Positions 62,323 through 64,000 of a DNA stretch of 64,000 nt are shown here, piece by piece. Position 1 is the stretch's first letter. Each line of letters begins with the position of its first letter. A program made the position numbers and the translations under genes. The stretch lies in contig ADNK01001076.1 in the NCBI GenBank assembly GCA_000320545.1, forward strand, positions 193,139-257,138. The letters run 5' to 3'. This DNA is from Bigelowiella natans CCMP2755 (taxonomy: Eukaryota; Protista; Cercozoa). The notes below the pieces were generated by a model that did no database searches, had not been told where the DNA came from, and was given only the letters and a program-made list of their open reading frames with translations.

Positions 62323-62989
62323 ATGGTTCAGCTGTCTCGCATTTTCGGTTTACGTATTCTCTTCTTAGTTGCTAACTTAGCCATCTGCATACTGGGAGAT
62401 ACTGGCACTAGCCATACCAATAGAAGAGACTCTGTCAAATTTAGAGAAATCATGAACTTCGCCAAGCGTCAATACTCATTTGCAACTCCCTCTCAATATG
62501 AGCCAAACCCTTACCAGGTCAAATAGTCCGTAATTCTGGAAAAAAGTTGAAGTCATTGGTTTATAATCACAATGTTGCAATTCAGCATCCTCCACCTCCA
62601 TCGCTTCCCGCAGTGCCCCCTCCCCCAGCTCCAATGTTTGTATCTGAAGGTGCCAAGTAACATTCCGCTAGTTTGTGTAGTGCATTCTAACAGAAGCAAC
62701 AATGATATCAGCATCATACGGCCAGTTCGGTGGCGCGTTTCGACAAACCCATCCTTCGTGGCCAATTCAAGGTCCAATTGTGTTGGAGTCCATATTTTGA
62801 GTGAATGGATCATTTGCGTTTGCTTTTATTTCAGTTTTCTTTCCATTCATCTATGAAGAAGCCTTGCGATCTAGCATCAAAAATTCTAACCCTGATGCTA
62901 TTTCAGGCTCACAGAGAACAGGGGATAGTCCCTGGTTCCATGTTGATCCATATGCAGCTAAACCAGTGAATGAAATGGCACAACCTTGA
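62323..62989 (+). CDS. Small spliced gene with signal peptide and Pro-rich segment, unknown function
   Basis: MVQLSRIFGLRILFLVANLAICILG leader, then short introns and exons PPPPSLPAVPPPPAPMFVSE and SSIKNSNPDAISGSQRTGDSPWFHVDPY. Confidence 0.45.
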
Positions 62990-63813
62990 TGGGACACATC
63001 ACAACGTGACCATTCACAGGTCATCATGGTGGCTGAGTTTGAATTGCAGATGTGGAACACTTTGACACAATGAAAACAAACAGAATGAAATCGTCAACCC
63101 GTCTGCATGCATCATGATGAAGTGTTGCATTGCATGGTGAAATGGACGAACAGCAGTGATGGGGCCATTGGTGTTCAACAGCGTTCAAACAGATGCGCAG
63201 AATGCTGCGATGCAAGTATGCACAACCAGTTCAAAGCCGCGCACATGGCAGGTTTCGTGGGTTTCGATCAAAGTTTCAAATGGAATTTTTTGCACAATTC
63301 TTTTTCCCAATTCACCTGCTGCGTGCCGAGGCAAACGTTTTCCATTGCAACATTGTCGCGCGTGTGCATCATGTGATGCATGCGTTTCTGCACGTTTTGT
63401 GCAAAAAAATCGCCACCATTTGAAAAGCGAGCACATGTGGAAACCCACACACACATCTGCAACATTGGGACACCGTGGAGCTCGCGCACTTGCATGATTA
63501 AAACGCATCAAAAGATGGCTTGCCGTAACCATCACGCTGGCCGCCCACGTTTGCACGATTCTGATCGATTTCACTCAACAGCGCGTGAGCACGCGTGCAC
63601 ACAAGCGCCCGCGCTGCAATGAGCGAACGTGTGTGGAGGGGAAACGAGCACGTGCATGCACTTTCATCGAAAAATGATGCGACCCCAATGCACATGTCAC
63701 ATTGTCAAAAAAGGTGTCATTGGTCCACTTTGAAGAGCGCAACCAGCCCTTTCGATTGATCCCAATCTCAGCCCCACCTGATCTCTAGTTGCCAAGAAAA
63801 CAACTCACTTTTT
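62962..63813. other. TpA-depleted block
   Basis: 4 TA counted in about 850 bp of AT-rich sequence. Confidence 0.9.
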
Positions 63814-63814
63814 T

Positions 63815-64000
63815 GGTAGGGTAGGTTAGGTAGGTAGGTAGGTAGGTAGGTAGGTAGGTAGGTAGGTAGGTAGGTAGGTAGGTAGGTAGGTAGGTAGGTA
63901 GGTAGGTAGGTAGGTAGGTAGGTAGGTAGGTAGGTAGGTAGGTAGGTAGGTAGGTAGGTAGGTAGGTAGGTAGGTAGGTAGGTAGGTAGGTAGGTAGGTA
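63815..64000 (+). repeat. (TAGG)n tandem array running off the window end
   Basis: More than 180 bp of GGTA repeats, starting with TAGGG/TTAGG variants. Confidence 0.95.

Overview
Eukaryotic nuclear DNA with many short GT-AG exons and microsatellite-filled introns. Signal-plus-transit leaders on plastid proteins indicate an alga with a secondary plastid; chlorarachniophyte-like is my inference. Host genes: a REJ/PKD-like surface protein (partial), a BIRC6-like ubiquitin-conjugating enzyme, a myristoylated EF-hand protein, a DUF2358 plastid protein, a PPR protein, divinyl chlorophyllide 8-vinyl reductase (DVR) and several uncharacterised genes. A spliced pogo/Fot1-like DD35D transposase lies at 8.5-11 kb. 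The main observation is a set of discrete, repeat/TE-rich blocks (about 10.8-15.5, 33.2-34.85, 36.6-37.2, 50.4-51.7 and 63.0-63.8 kb) in which TpA has been largely or almost completely erased. Survivors are mostly in CTAG. Paired repeat copies differ by TA versus TG/CA, and Tyr codons appear as His/Cys. This looks like a targeted, context-specific TA->TG/CA hypermutation of mobile DNA, the reverse of fungal RIP. All counts were made by eye.
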